This document shows, piece after piece, positions 14,222 to 26,100 of a stretch of DNA of 64,000 nt (the first letter of the stretch is position 1; each line of letters begins with the position of its first letter). The stretch lies in IMG/VR virus record IMGVR_UViG_3300012662_000013, positions 43,405 to 107,404 of that record; one strand, 5' to 3'. The translations under genes were made by a program, and so were the position numbers. Below the pieces are notes generated by a model. The model worked only from the letters and a program-made list of their open reading frames with translations, was not told where the DNA came from and searched no databases. The stretch comes from a virus. Taxonomy: Duplodnaviria; Heunggongvirae; Uroviricota; Caudoviricetes.

Positions 14222-15312
14222 ATGTTCAACACAAGCAATGGTTATAGTTTAGCTGATATTGCCGCAGCCACAGGCGGCAATGGATACCATAATGGTGATG
14301 ATGGTATGTGGGGTAATGGCGCATGGTAAGGTAAAATCTGCCATGGATAAATCGCGGAATTAAGCGGGAAAGCTGAAATGCTAATCCGAACCGAAGGCTA
14401 GGTTTAACCTAGTCAGGGGCAACGCATAGATGGTGAAAAGATATAATCCATCCACGAGGCCGCGACATTTATTTAATAAATGAAAAGATATGCTGAACTA
14501 ATACGAATAAGTAAGTATTAGAACTATAAGACAAAAAACTTATAGGATAACATAATGGGATAATTATTTTATTCCTTTTCTGCTTCAATGGATGGGGCGG
14601 AAATGGTTGGGGTAATGGTGCCAATGGTGCTGGTTATCAGGGAACTACAACAAGAGAAGAATTAACTTATGGCTTTGATATGAGTGATATTAAGTCCGGC
14701 ATTAATTCTTTACAAACTGGTTTATGCAATGGCTTTGCTGGTGTTAATAATAATTTATTAACTGGCTTTGCTGGCATCACTGAAACTTTAAATGGTAATG
14801 CTCGTAGTTTACAATCTGATATTTGCAATATGGGTATGACTAATATGTAGAATACCTTTGGTATCACTCAGGCTATTAATGCTGATACAGTTGCTAATAT
14901 GCAGAATACTAATGCTCTTTCTCAATAGTTAAATAATATGGCTGCAACAAATGCCTAGTGTTGTTGTGAGAACAAAAATCTTATTACGTCAAGCTTTGCA
15001 GATTTAAATTATAATCTTGCTACTGAAGCTTGCCAGAATCGTCAAGCAGTTAACTAGGGTGTAAGAGATATCATTGACAATACTAATGCTAGTATGCGTT
15101 CTATCCTTGATTTCTTAGTCCAGGATAAGATTGATACTCTTACTGCTGAAAATACTAGTCTTAAGGGCCAGATTTCTTAGAACTTGCAGAATGCTTATTT
15201 GGTAGAACAACTTTCTCCTAAAGCACAGCCTGCTTATATTGTTGCTAACCCTTATACTGGCAATACCTATACTACTTATGGCTGTGGATATGGCTGTGGT
15301 TGCAATTCTTAA
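14222..15312 (+). CDS. Fibre-like structural protein split by a group I intron: Gly/Asn-rich (GNG repeats) N-terminus, coiled-coil, Cys-rich C-terminus (GCGYGCGCNS)
   Basis: Exon 1 from 14222 (frame 2) runs into TAA at 14327. The Gly-rich frame resumes near 14590 (frame 1) and runs to TAA 15310-15312 with 5 TAG. The intervening 260 nt carry group I core sequence. Confidence 0.5.
14327..14590 (+). ncRNA. ORF-less group I intron in the late fibre-like gene
   Basis: Contains S-element-like gaaaagatataatcc and ggtaaaatct near the 5' end. A 43-nt block (14418-14460) is near-identical to the dnaB-intron block at 36497-36540. Confidence 0.5.
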
Positions 15313-15332
15313 TAAGAAAAGAGGAAAAATAA

Positions 15333-15752
15333 ATGGAAATAACAGCTAATGCTTTACAAACGGTAAATGCCAATAGTAATGTAGTGTTTACTAATACCGC
15401 TGTTCCAGGTAGTTGTGCGATGGTGCATCGTGAAGGAAGTGGATTAGTAACTTTACGTGGTATGACTAATCAATGCAGAGCTAGATTTAGAGTAACCTTT
15501 GGAGCGAATGTCGCACTTCCAACAGGTGCTACAGTAGCTCCTATTTCTTTAGCAATAGCTATAAATGGTGAACCCGTTGCTGAAACTACTATGATTTCAA
15601 CGCCTGCGGCAGTTGAAGAATTTAATAGTATTTCTCGTGCCTTATTTTTGAATGTCCCTTCTGGATGTTGCCAATAGATAAGCGTAGAAAATACTAGTGC
15701 TTCTGCTATTAGTGTTGAAAATGCCAGTCTTATTATAGAAAGGGTGGCTTGA
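15333..15752 (+). CDS. BclA C-terminal domain-like (C1q/TNF-fold) protein; one in-frame TAG
   Basis: The C-terminus ...ENASLIIERVA* and the ..AINGEPV.. block resemble the BclA exosporium C-terminal domain (..SASIIIEKVA). RBS aagagga. Confidence 0.45.
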
Positions 15753-15757
15753 TTACA

Positions 15758-16309
15758 ATGGAGAAATTATGTTAGATTAAGGATACTTTAATAACTTTAG
15801 TCGAATAGCAAATGGCTAATCCTCAATGTGTAAATACACATGAAATGGGAGAAGTTATTGATATGATTAAAGATTTGGCCGAAGCCTGTTATTATGGGTC
15901 AGTCGTAGATGCTATGTTGGAAAATAAGGAAGAGGAAGAAATTTATGGTATTGGTATGATGAAAGACCCTCATAAACGCAAGAATCCATATCCTTATTAT
16001 GTAAATGGGGATTATCGTGAAGATAAATATTATACCAAAGATTACGATGGTGGATACAATGGATACAGTTATACAGGCACAGGCGGAATGAATGATGATA
16101 ATAAAAAAATGGGCCATAGCCCAATGAAACGTAAATCCTATATCGAGAGTAAGGAACGTCATATGGACTAGGCCCTGTAGATGAGAGAGTTAGAAGATTA
16201 TGCACAAGTTCTAACCTCTGATCTTATGGAAATGATTCAGGATGCAACTCCTGAAGAAAAACAATTATTACAAAGAAAGATAGCTACATTGGCTACGAAG
16301 ATTGTATAA
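15758..16309 (+). CDS. Hypothetical Tyr/Gly-rich late protein; 4 in-frame TAG
   Basis: ATG 15758 with aagggtgg upstream. ORF 15812..16171 is the central piece. Ends TAA 16307-16309. Confidence 0.4.
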
Positions 16310-16321
16310 GAATAAGAAATA

Positions 16322-16354
16322 AAGGGAAGCCATTGCTTCCCTTTATTTTTTTTT
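16322..16354. terminator. Bidirectional rho-independent terminator (aagggaagc/gcttccctt) at the convergence of the two modules
   Basis: 9-bp stem, T-run on the + side and A-run on the other side; overlaps the stop of the minus-strand gene. Confidence 0.7.
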
Positions 16355-16754
16355 AGTTTTGAGTTATTTGATTAGAATATTTTTTATGAACTAATTTAAA
16401 CATTTGATCACCCTAATGATTTCCCCCCAAAGCATTATATGCTTCATGGTCACTGTCTATATCAGTATATTCTTCTAAGGTAATAATATGTTCAGGTTCT
16501 AATAATTTCTAACATTTTGAAAGGAATAGCGGCCGCTATAAAGAAAGGATACCTTTTTTAAGAGCTTTTATTTCTTCCTCTTGGAAATCGTGTTTGGTTT
16601 GGATTTCTTCATGAAGTTCATTAAGAATTTTTTCCTATTTCTCTCCATATTCTTTTTTTACCATTTTAAAAAATTTTCTTAAGAACCAACCAAGACCCGC
16701 TATAATTAATCCAAATAATATTTCTAACCAATATTGCAGGATAAATTCTAACAT
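16353..16754 (-). CDS. Small membrane protein (133 aa; N-terminal transmembrane segment plus coiled-coil), 4 in-frame TAG
   Basis: RBS gggagg, ATG 16754, TAA 16353-16355. Not in the ORF track because of the TAGs. Confidence 0.4.
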
Positions 16755-16838
16755 TTATATAATCCTCCCGACATAAAAGTGTCGCTCTTTCTCATTATAA
16801 ATGAAAGTAGAAATTATATAATTGTATAGAATTGCCCG

Positions 16839-17345
16839 TTATTCCCAATTCAATTCATCCTGCTACGATTTAAAATATGCAGTATATAAACATATAGCAT
16901 CACAAACATCATCATTAGCCTATATACCATATGTATCTTTTACATATTTTATATCAAGAGGTTTAAGATTTTCACGTTTAATGCCGCGGCCTGTCTTAAT
17001 ACCTAAATTTTTACGCCATTCGCTAGCCTACATAAATTCTATACTTTTGGAATTTATATTATTATTTACACTATGTGCGCCAAGAACTATAGAACCCTAA
17101 AGCCACATAAGTAATCGGGCAGTGTCTGAATAACCATAAGCTTCTGGATGAACATCTTCAGCAATTAATTTTTCTATATTATATTGTTTTACTAATTCTA
17201 TAATTCCACTTTGTATCTTTTGGATGCGGCTTACATTATTAGAAGAAGATGCGGTAAGTAAACCATATGTAATTAACTTACCTTTATCATCTGATATAGC
17301 ATATCCAGTAGATTTAGTGGATAAGTCTAAAAATAAAAAATTCAT
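16839..17345 (-). CDS. ruvC: RuvC-like Holliday junction resolvase, 4 in-frame TAG
   Basis: N-terminus MNFLFLDLSTKSTGYAI (ORF 17097..17345) continues through TAG to ..DDVCDAICLYTAYF.., ending TAA 16839-16841. Confidence 0.6.
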
Positions 17346-17387
17346 ATAAATCTCCTCCTATTATAGAAGGAGATTATTATTTATTGA

Positions 17388-17936
17388 TTAATTATTAACG
17401 TCCTTGCTTGTGGAGCCAAATCCGCCGATTCTTTCACCTTCAGCTTTATCATCATCCGTAGTAAGATAATTACGGATTACTCCTTGGCCAATAATATCTC
17501 CCTTAGCAATTTCAATATCAAAGGGAGAAAGATTAATTAACTGGAAATAAATGTGTCCCTCATTGTCAGGATTATTATAATAATCAGCATCAATAATGCC
17601 AACTCCATTAGCAAGAATAATCCAATGCTTCAGAGGAAGTGAAGAACGAACAGATAGCTCAAGGAATTGGCCATCTTCCATATGACATTTCATTCCAGTA
17701 GGAACGAGAGTAGGTTTTAATTTAAGTTCTTTGGTAATTTTAGCCATTTCACTTAAAAAAATAATATCATTAGTAGCAGCGCTATTTCTAAAAGCTTCTA
17801 CAATATGCGTATATGAAGGAATTACAACATCTTCTGCTGATGCAAAATCATAGCCTGCACTATACTTTGTTTTGCGCTCAGGCATCGGTAAATCCCAATC
17901 ATTATACTTGCTCACTTTTTCAAAATAAATACTCAT
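17388..17936 (-). CDS. dut: dUTPase (trimeric dUTP diphosphatase)
   Basis: Motifs SAGYDF, RSSL, GIIDADY, GDIIGQGV and RIGGFGSTS. Confidence 0.8.
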   Translation of the reverse strand: MSIYFEKVSKYNDWDLPMPERKTKYSAGYDFASAEDVVIPSYTHIVEAFRNSAATNDIIFLSEMAKITKELKLKPTLVPTGMKCHMEDGQFLELSVRSSLPLKHWIILANGVGIIDADYYNNPDNEGHIYFQLINLSPFDIEIAKGDIIGQGVIRNYLTTDDDKAEGERIGGFGSTSKDVNN

Positions 17937-18211
17937 TAGTTAATTACAGTCTCCCCATCAAAAGTAGCTCTAGTTGTGTAACAAAGTGAAATATGGTCTG
18001 TTGGTTCTTTTTCATCATTGAATTTCTTTACAAGGGTTACTTGATACCATTCATCAATGATTTCGCCTTTCTATTTACGTTCTTTTTTTGTAGAAGAATA
18101 CTTAGCTAAATCATATTCTCTATCCTGCTTAGCATTATTAATAAGTTCAGCAGCTTCTTTTTCTGTATCTACTCTATATACTTCAGTAGTATTAATCAAA
18201 TATTCAAACAT
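17936..18211 (-). CDS. Hypothetical protein (91 aa), one TAG; stop overlaps the dut start (TAATG)
   Basis: RBS ataggag then ATG 18211. Frame is open through one TAG. Confidence 0.4.
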
Positions 18212-18222
18212 ATTTTCTCCTA

Positions 18223-18483
18223 TTAATTTACATAAACTTTAATATTGTTATTACTATATTTAGTTACTAAAGAATTTTCAATAGTTTCTTTAAGTCCTTC
18301 GCCATACGTTTGATTACCGTAAAGATGAATATCACTATCTTTATATTGTTCTGATAACTTAATTAAAGTATCACTAAGATTATCAAGACGGCATGTGCAA
18401 ACCATAGTGGGCTTCTTATCATTCGATCCTTGATAATAAATGATTTGTGTTGTATTAAATAAATCAAAATAAGTAAATAACAT
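18223..18483 (-). CDS. Hypothetical protein
   Basis: Uninterrupted 86-aa ORF ending TAA. Confidence 0.4.
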   Translation of the reverse strand: MLFTYFDLFNTTQIIYYQGSNDKKPTMVCTCRLDNLSDTLIKLSEQYKDSDIHLYGNQTYGEGLKETIENSLVTKYSNNNIKVYVN

Positions 18484-18485
18484 AA

Positions 18486-19001
18486 TTATCTCCCTATTAC
18501 TGGAACAATACCAGCATCATAATCAAATAAATGATAGCAATGAGTTTCATCATTATTTGTAATCCAAATTTCAATTGCACCAGAACCGCTATCATTAATA
18601 TCTTTGATTTGACCTAAATCTTTAATAATATCATAAACAGCAGAAGTCATATTAAGGTAAGGATTATCATTACTTAAGCTATCAGTCTCAAATACTGTAT
18701 AATAATTTAATTCATTACATAAAAGCATAAAATACTTGTTAGAACTTTCTTGAACATAAGTATCAATAACTTCTAATTTTTTATCTATTTCTTCTGGAGT
18801 TAGTTCTTTCATTTGGCTAATTACACATTTATTTAATTCATAATTGCTCATTTTAAAATCGACGCCATCTGATAATACACTCCATTCAGTGCCGGACCAG
18901 ACATAGTTATGAGTATCAGTTGTATTGTAAAATACATCTCCTACTAATGGCTCTTTCTATATAGCTTCTTCTAAAGTAGCAATTTTTCCTCTATATCTCA
19001 T
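18486..19001 (-). CDS. Hypothetical protein (~171 aa), one TAG
   Basis: RBS aaaggag plus ATG 19001; reads through TAG into ORF 18486..18851. Confidence 0.45.
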
Positions 19002-19486
19002 TCATTAATCTCCTTTAAATTTATGATACTTTGATTTTTACTACCTCTCATTGATAATGTAATATCTCTTTGAGATTGGATATAAGGACCGTCAATTAAT
19101 ACATCAGCTTTTTTGAGAATTTCTTGAAGCTTGCCGTTAGTAGTTTGTTTAACTAAATCCTCATAATAATATCCTGTCCAAATATAAATCTTAGTATCAG
19201 GAAGTTTTTCTTTTACTGTATTAATAAGAAGTAGAGTAAGTAATTGATTTTGTTCGCATAATGGTTCACCACCGAGTATACAAAAATCTCTATGAATACC
19301 ATTAATAGTTAATGCTTCAATTATTTTATTTAATGTATCATTGGTAAATTCTTTGCCTCCATTAAAATCCCAAGTTTCAGGATTCTAACACCCAATACAG
19401 TGATTGGGGCATCCCTAGACCCAAAATGATACGTTCACCCCTGGGCCGTTAGCCACATCATTATATTTTAAATTAGCATACTTCAT
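18998..19486 (-). CDS. nrdG: Anaerobic ribonucleotide reductase activating protein (radical SAM), 2 in-frame TAG
   Basis: MKYANLKYNDVANGPGVNVSFWV[TAG]GCPNHCIGC[TAG]NPETWDFNGG, with the CxxxCxxC radical-SAM motif. Confidence 0.75.
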
Positions 19487-19752
19487 TTTATAATCTCCCA
19501 AGAGCAACAATATAAATTACAGCAAGGAATAATTACTTGTTCTAATATTTCTTTATTATTATAATCTTTAGATATTTTTACTTTGTAAAATCTATATCCT
19601 CTAATATTATGTTTTATTGGAAACCATATCCATCGTTCATTATTTTCTTGCCATTCTATATAATTTTTTAATTTTCTAGTCGGTATAATATTATTTTTAT
19701 TTAGATAATTATAAATGTCTTGTAAATTATCTGTTATATAAGTACATATCAC
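19483..19752 (-). CDS. Small hypothetical protein between nrdD and nrdG (start uncertain, GTG)
   Basis: ORF track only; no clear RBS. Confidence 0.25.
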   Translation of the reverse strand: MICTYITDNLQDIYNYLNKNNIIPTRKLKNYIEWQENNERWIWFPIKHNIRGYRFYKVKISKDYNNKEILEQVIIPCCNLYCCSWEIIK

Positions 19753-19826
19753 TATCTAATTAGAACAAGGATATTCTCTTCCTTCCTACTAATTAAAATA
19801 ATTATTTGTCCACTTCATTAAATGAT

Positions 19827-21953
19827 TTATAGATGGCATACTCTATCCCTTATTTCATTAGTTCGACCATGATTCCAGAATTGGGAGCCAATATAGCCGC
19901 AGGTCCTGCGTGCGACATTAAGTGTTTCATGATCTCGATTACCACAATTAGGGCAATACCATTCGAGATTATTATCTATTAAAATTTCTCCATCGTAGCC
20001 ACATTTTTGGCAATAATCAGATTTAGTATTTAATTCAGCGTACATGATATGATTATAAATAAATTGCATTACAGTTTCTACTGCTTCAATATTATTTTGG
20101 AGATTAGGGGTTTCAATGTAACTAATCGCACCTCCTGGACTTAATGCTTGGAATTCAGCTTCAAGAGCCAATTTATTAAAGGCATCAATTTCTTCAAATA
20201 CTGGGACATGGTAACTATTTGTAATGTAATCTCTGTCTTTGCCATCTAGTTTTATAAAAATATCTTTGCCAAAACGCTTTTTAAGACACGTAGCAAATTT
20301 ATATGTTGTACTTTCAATTGGTGAACCATAAACGCTATAAGAAATATTCTCTTTGGCCCGCCATTTATTACAAGCATCATTTAAATGTTGCATAACTTTA
20401 AGCCCAAATGATTTACCGCCTTTGGTATGACTTTCTCCAGTCATATATTTAACACATTCATATAAAGCGGCATAACCGAGAGATAATGTAGAGTAATTAT
20501 CGTGAAGTAATTTATGAATACTTTCACCTTGGTTTAATCTCGCTAATGCGCCATATCGCCATAGTATAGGAGAAACATCTGCCGTGGCATGACTTAATCT
20601 TTCATGTCTGGCCTGCAATGCATGATGACATAGCTCAAGCCGTTCATCAAATAATTCCCAGAATTTAGTATAATCTTTTTTAGAACTAAATGCTATATCT
20701 GCAAGATTAATTGTAACCACTCCCTAGTTAAAGCGACCATAGTATTTATGCTCAATGGGGTCAGGCGTAAGGAATGAACGACATCCCATGCATGGATAAA
20801 CATCACCCTTTAATTCTTTCATTATTTTTTCAGAAATATAATCAGGGACTAAGCGCTTTGCAGTGCATTTGGCGGCGAGCTCAGTAAGATACCAATATTT
20901 TGTACTAGGATAAACATTATCAGGTTCAAGAACATATAAGAGTTTAGGGAAGGCTGGGGTAATATATACTCCTTTTTCATTTTTAAATCCGAGAATACGT
21001 TGATTTAAAAATTCTTCAATAAGCATTGCTAGTTCTTCTTTATATTCATTTGTCTCATTTAAATACATATATACTGATAAAAATGGAGCTTGGCCATTAG
21101 TATTAGTCATAGAATTGGTTTGATAATTAAATGTCTGAACTGCATCAATAATTTCTTTATGCAAATCTTCATTAACATATTTTTCAACCAATTCTTTATC
21201 AAAACCTCTATTTTGGTATTTTTTAATATATCTTTCTTTACTGCTTCTAACAAATGGGGCTAAATGTGTTAATGAAATAGTAGCTCCACCGTAAGAAGAA
21301 GAAGTTACAGCAGCGATAATTTGTGTAGCAATAGTAGTTGCAGTTAGAAGACGATGAGGTTTTTCAATCATTACCCCATTTACCACAGTACCGTTTTGTA
21401 ACATATCTTCTAAGTTAATTAACTCGCAGTTGTGTAATGCATTTTGAGCAAAATAATCTGCATCATGAAAATGGATAATACCTTCATCATGCGCTTTTAC
21501 GATATCTGAATCAAGTAAAAAACGGCGAGTAATATCAGTGCTAACAATACCAGCCATATAATCTCTTTGAACAGTAGTACGTTTAGCATTCTTATTAGAA
21601 TTTTCATTATTCCAATAATCGCTATTGCCTTCTAATAACTCTCTGATAGATTGATCAGTAGTATTAGATTGACGAACCATTTCTTTTTTATATCTATATC
21701 TAATATATGCACGAGCCACATCACGTCGCTCAGATTGCATTAAATAATCTTCAATTAAGTCTTGGATATCTTCTACTTCAATACTGCCATCAGGGCATTT
21801 ACTTATCCAAGATTCAATATCATTGGCGATATCAATAGCTGTATCATTTTCATAAAGCTACCCATCTACTTCTATAAATGCTTTATTAATAGCATTAGTT
21901 ATTTTATTTTTATCAAATAATACAACTGTGCCATCACGTTTAATTATATACAT
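19827..21953 (-). CDS. nrdD: Anaerobic ribonucleoside-triphosphate reductase (class III) with N-terminal ATP-cone; 2 in-frame TAG
   Basis: ATP-cone MYIIKRDGTVVLFDKNKITNAI..., then ORFs 20724..21740 and 19827..20720 joined by a single TAG (20724-20726). C-terminal CPNCG and glycyl-radical RRTCGYIGS motifs. RBS ggagg. Confidence 0.8.
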
Positions 21954-21989
21954 TCATTAACCTCCGCACTAAATATAATAGGAATTTAC

Positions 21990-22460
21990 TTATACATATT
22001 TAGAACTTTTTTCTAAATAACGTTGATAATTTTTATTTAAAATTTTAGGAGTTTTTTCATACCTCAAATTTCCATTTTTATCATTATAATACTAATCTTT
22101 TTCTGACAAATCAGAAATATTATTTTTTGGAGATTGTAAAATAATTATCTATCTGTCTTTGGATGCATTATTTCCGCCTTTAAGCTAATTATATCCATTT
22201 ATTGATTCTAAAGCTGAATATATTTCTATGAATTTTGGTTCTAAATTATTAGCTTCATCTAAAGACAAATTATCAGCTAAAATAATATGTTCAAAATTAT
22301 CCCAGCCATATTCTAGAATGTCTTTATAAAATTCTTTCTATTTAAAGTATCCTTTACCGCTTTTCCATCTTAAATTTGGATTTTTCCCGTGTTTTGTCTA
22401 TCCTATATAAACTTTATGATTTATTAAATTTCTATGTAAATAAATACAATAAATAAGCAA
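21990..22460 (-). CDS. Free-standing GIY-YIG homing endonuclease-like gene (~155 aa), 5 in-frame TAG
   Basis: ..CIYLHRNLINHKVYIG[TAG]TKHGKNPNLRWK.. with TAG at the conserved Q of YIGQT. RBS aaggaggg. Start is TTG or ATT (uncertain). Confidence 0.5.
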
Positions 22461-22519
22461 TCCCTCCTTAAATTTAAAAATATATATACCTATTATATTT
22501 AGTGTTTCTTTATTATAGA

Positions 22520-23104
22520 TTAATCATTCTTGCCTAATTCGGCATACCAAAAATGGTCTGTGATTTCAGCTACAATATTTTTTAAATCATTTCTATCTTC
22601 ATTTACAAATATTTTTACATCATTAAATTTTATATTATTAAAATCTTGTTCATCAGCCGCATAACGTCTAATAATTTCTGGAACGTTGGGTGATTCTTCT
22701 CTATTCAGTTGACGTAATAATCTTTGTTTATCTGAAGCTACAATACCATAAATCTTTAAATCAATTTCTGGAAACGCAGATAAAGCTTTAATTCCAGAAG
22801 GATTAAAGATACCGATATTAAGTTTATTCTTTCTTAAACAGTTAATACCAGTTCCATACCACCAATTATTAAATTGAACATATTCCAGCATTTGATGATT
22901 ATCTATCATTTGTTTAAATTCATTTTCAGTAACAAAATAATAATCTTTTCCTTCAACTTCTCCTTCACGGCCCGGACGAGTAGTGTAAGAAACTATAGAA
23001 TGAACTATAGGATTATTTAATTTTTCTATTTCCTTTAATATGGTGTCTTTGCCTGAACCGGCTTTACCCACTAAGGCGATTAATTTATATTTTTTATTCT
23101 TCAT
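22520..23104 (-). CDS. gmk: Guanylate kinase
   Basis: GKAGSGKDT P-loop, ..TTRPGREGEVEGKDYYFV.. Confidence 0.7.
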   Translation of the reverse strand: MKNKKYKLIALVGKAGSGKDTILKEIEKLNNPIVHSIVSYTTRPGREGEVEGKDYYFVTENEFKQMIDNHQMLEYVQFNNWWYGTGINCLRKNKLNIGIFNPSGIKALSAFPEIDLKIYGIVASDKQRLLRQLNREESPNVPEIIRRYAADEQDFNNIKFNDVKIFVNEDRNDLKNIVAEITDHFWYAELGKND

Positions 23105-26100
23105 CTTCAGCTTCTCCTTGGGAACGGTTATTTCTTAATACTAAATCACCATTAGATTGAATTCCATCAATGTGATAAAGTTGATGTCCGGCTGTTGATG
23201 CATACTTCTTAACAATAAAATCATCTCCAGAACGGATGCCTTGGGCTACAATCATATTACCGCGATTAAACCAAGATTTTTCAATAATTTTTTTAGTTCC
23301 ATCAGGTTGTTTTTGAGAAATTTGTTTGTCAAACAATGTAAAATATTCTTTTCTGAACTTTACATTTACTACTCCTGTTGGAGTAAGAATAGTTACAATA
23401 CTCTTATTCTTATTTTTAGCGATACAAGTGCCGCACAACTTAGAAAGATAATAAATATTTATTGTTTTTCCAGCCTTAATAAAGCTTCTTTCTACGACTG
23501 GGTCTTCTGGAAGTTTATAGAAATCAACAAATCCATATTTACCTTGATTAACTTTTGCTAATTCATGTTCGTGGTAATAGAAACATAATACTTCCATTTC
23601 CCACGCAGAATAATTTACTTTAGGACAATATTTATCCCAATCCATTTTAAATACAATTTCATTTAATTTATTTAAAATTTCTTCTTTATTATCAGCAATT
23701 TGTTTACGATAAACATCCATCCATCCTTGGTAAACCTTATCATTCCAATCCTTAATATTTAAAAAGAAATTAGAATTATTGCTTTGGATTAAGTCATCTT
23801 TATCAATCTTTTGTAAAAATCCAATAGCTCTTTCATCTAGTTTATAATTAACTTTATCATATTTACAAATTTGTTTTAAATAACGAGTAAATTCATAAAT
23901 ATGTAAAGCCTGTTGTCTTTCATCTGTATCTGCTGGAAGAAGATTTAATTTCATTAAAGTAGCTAAATTTTGAAGATTAAGATTTTTCTTTTTATCACAA
24001 GTTTCCCAAATATACCAAGCCATACAAAGTTTTCTATCCATCATATGGTCAAAAGCCCCACCCTTGATAAGAGAAATCATAGCTTGTTTATTAGGATTAA
24101 CTTTATTTAAGAAATCTCTAGGAGAGATATAAGGTCTGTTATCAATAATTGTGCGAACTACATCATCACCAACATTTAGCATACCTTTTAAGCCGAACAG
24201 AATTTGATTATTTTCAACATCAGGGATAAAACTAAATTCTGATTTATTAATATCAGCAAGACTTACTTTAATACCAGCCTTACGAATATCACCAATGGCC
24301 TTAGCAATTTTTCCATAGTCAGTAGAATTAGTTTTTCTTACCTTAGATTTTTTATCAGGTAAATCTTCAAAAGTAACTCCGTTAGCTAAATCATCAGCTT
24401 CTGGATCATAAATATCTACTATTTCTTCTTCACTATTATCTTCTAAAGAACCACTATTGACAATTAAACAAGCACAATTCCAGTAGATAGGATTGTAATG
24501 AATAACAAAATAAATCATTTGAATAGCTACAAATGAATAAGGGAGTGAGTGATTACGTATACTCTGACTATTTCTTACGGACTTTGTAGTGAAAGTGGTA
24601 AATTTTCTCGTCCGCACACCATTTCCAACAACGTGTCAATAGTTGTTGTACTCCAAGTCTAACCTTGGATAGTCGATACAATAGATTAAAAATAAAGTTA
24701 TTTTTTCCTTAAAGGATAATTTAAATTATCTTTTTTATGAGAGCGGCCAGTATTTATATTGGTTACTGTAGATCTTGATTTATTATATTTTTTAGCAATT
24801 TCATTTTGAGTTAAATTAGTATTTAATAAATCATTAATAATTTTATTAACCCAAATTTCATTAGCTTTTTTGTTACATCCTTTTATATATAAAGGATAAG
24901 TTTCATTTTTATCAAAAAAATATCTACCACTATTAATACCAGAAATAAAACCAATACTTTTAATATTAAAATCTTTTGCTATTGTTTTATAAATTTCTCC
25001 AGACTTTATTCTATCTTTAATTTGTTTTATTTCTTCTTTAGAGAAATGGCTTCTATTTATTTCTTTTTTTAAAGGATAATCAAATAAAGGATTTTTAAAA
25101 TTTAACCCGCTATTAATATTTATAAGATATGAATACTTTAAACGTGGAGAATATTTTTTTAAAATTTCATTAAAATCTTTATTGGCTATTAATAAATTCT
25201 GTATATTAATAATTTCATTTCCAGTAAATAGTTTTGAAGATTGTAATTTTTCTTTATAAGTTTTTTCCTTCGGAGAAAATCCTTGTCCTCCTTGAGAAAC
25301 ATTATATCCATTTAAAGAAATTAAACTTTGATATTGTTCTATATAATATTTTTCTTTATCATCTATATAATTTTGGTCTTTACTATCATCAATTTCTTCT
25401 AATATAATAAAATCAAAATTATTTAATCCATATTTTCTAATAGCATTATGGAATGGTATATTATAATCATTTGATTTAGGATTAAAAGAACAACTTTTAT
25501 GTCCATTTTTTCTTTTTTGGATATTATTTGTTTGACCAATATAAATCTTCCCATTTATTTTATTTTCGTATTTATATATATATTTCATTTTTGCACCTCC
25601 TTATAATCTATTTCTACTTTTAATCTATCACGAGATTTTACCCTCGTTAGCAATTAATTTTATAATACTACCAATATTATAATGTAAATTAATTACCCCT
25701 ATGACGAATAGGTTAAGTGTGTAAGCCCCAATCTCTCAAGGCTAAAAGCATATCCTAACTGCGGTGCTACTGCTGTTTCCCAAAAATATTCTGCATCACT
25801 TTTATTATTAAAACGACTAAATACCTGTTCCTTTAATTGAGGAATCTTAGCCATTTGTTTTTTAGCAACAACTTTACGTGCTGAGTTAGCTTCACCTAAT
25901 GTAAAATGAGCTATATCCATAAGGATTTCCATCATTTGTTCTTGTAAAGGGCAACAACCATAATATTTATCACAGTGTTTATGAAATTTATTAATAAGTT
26001 CTTGAGGCAAATGATGTTGTTTCATTTCTTGATCAAAGGCTTGGATACCTTGGTGTTGAATTCGATAAAATCTATCTTGTTGTGATTCTTTACCTTTTTC

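Noticed and set aside
16822-17100. 92-aa + strand ORF in the module convergence zone
   Set aside because: It overlaps the RuvC C-terminus, which is recovered on the minus strand once TAG is read through. No RBS.
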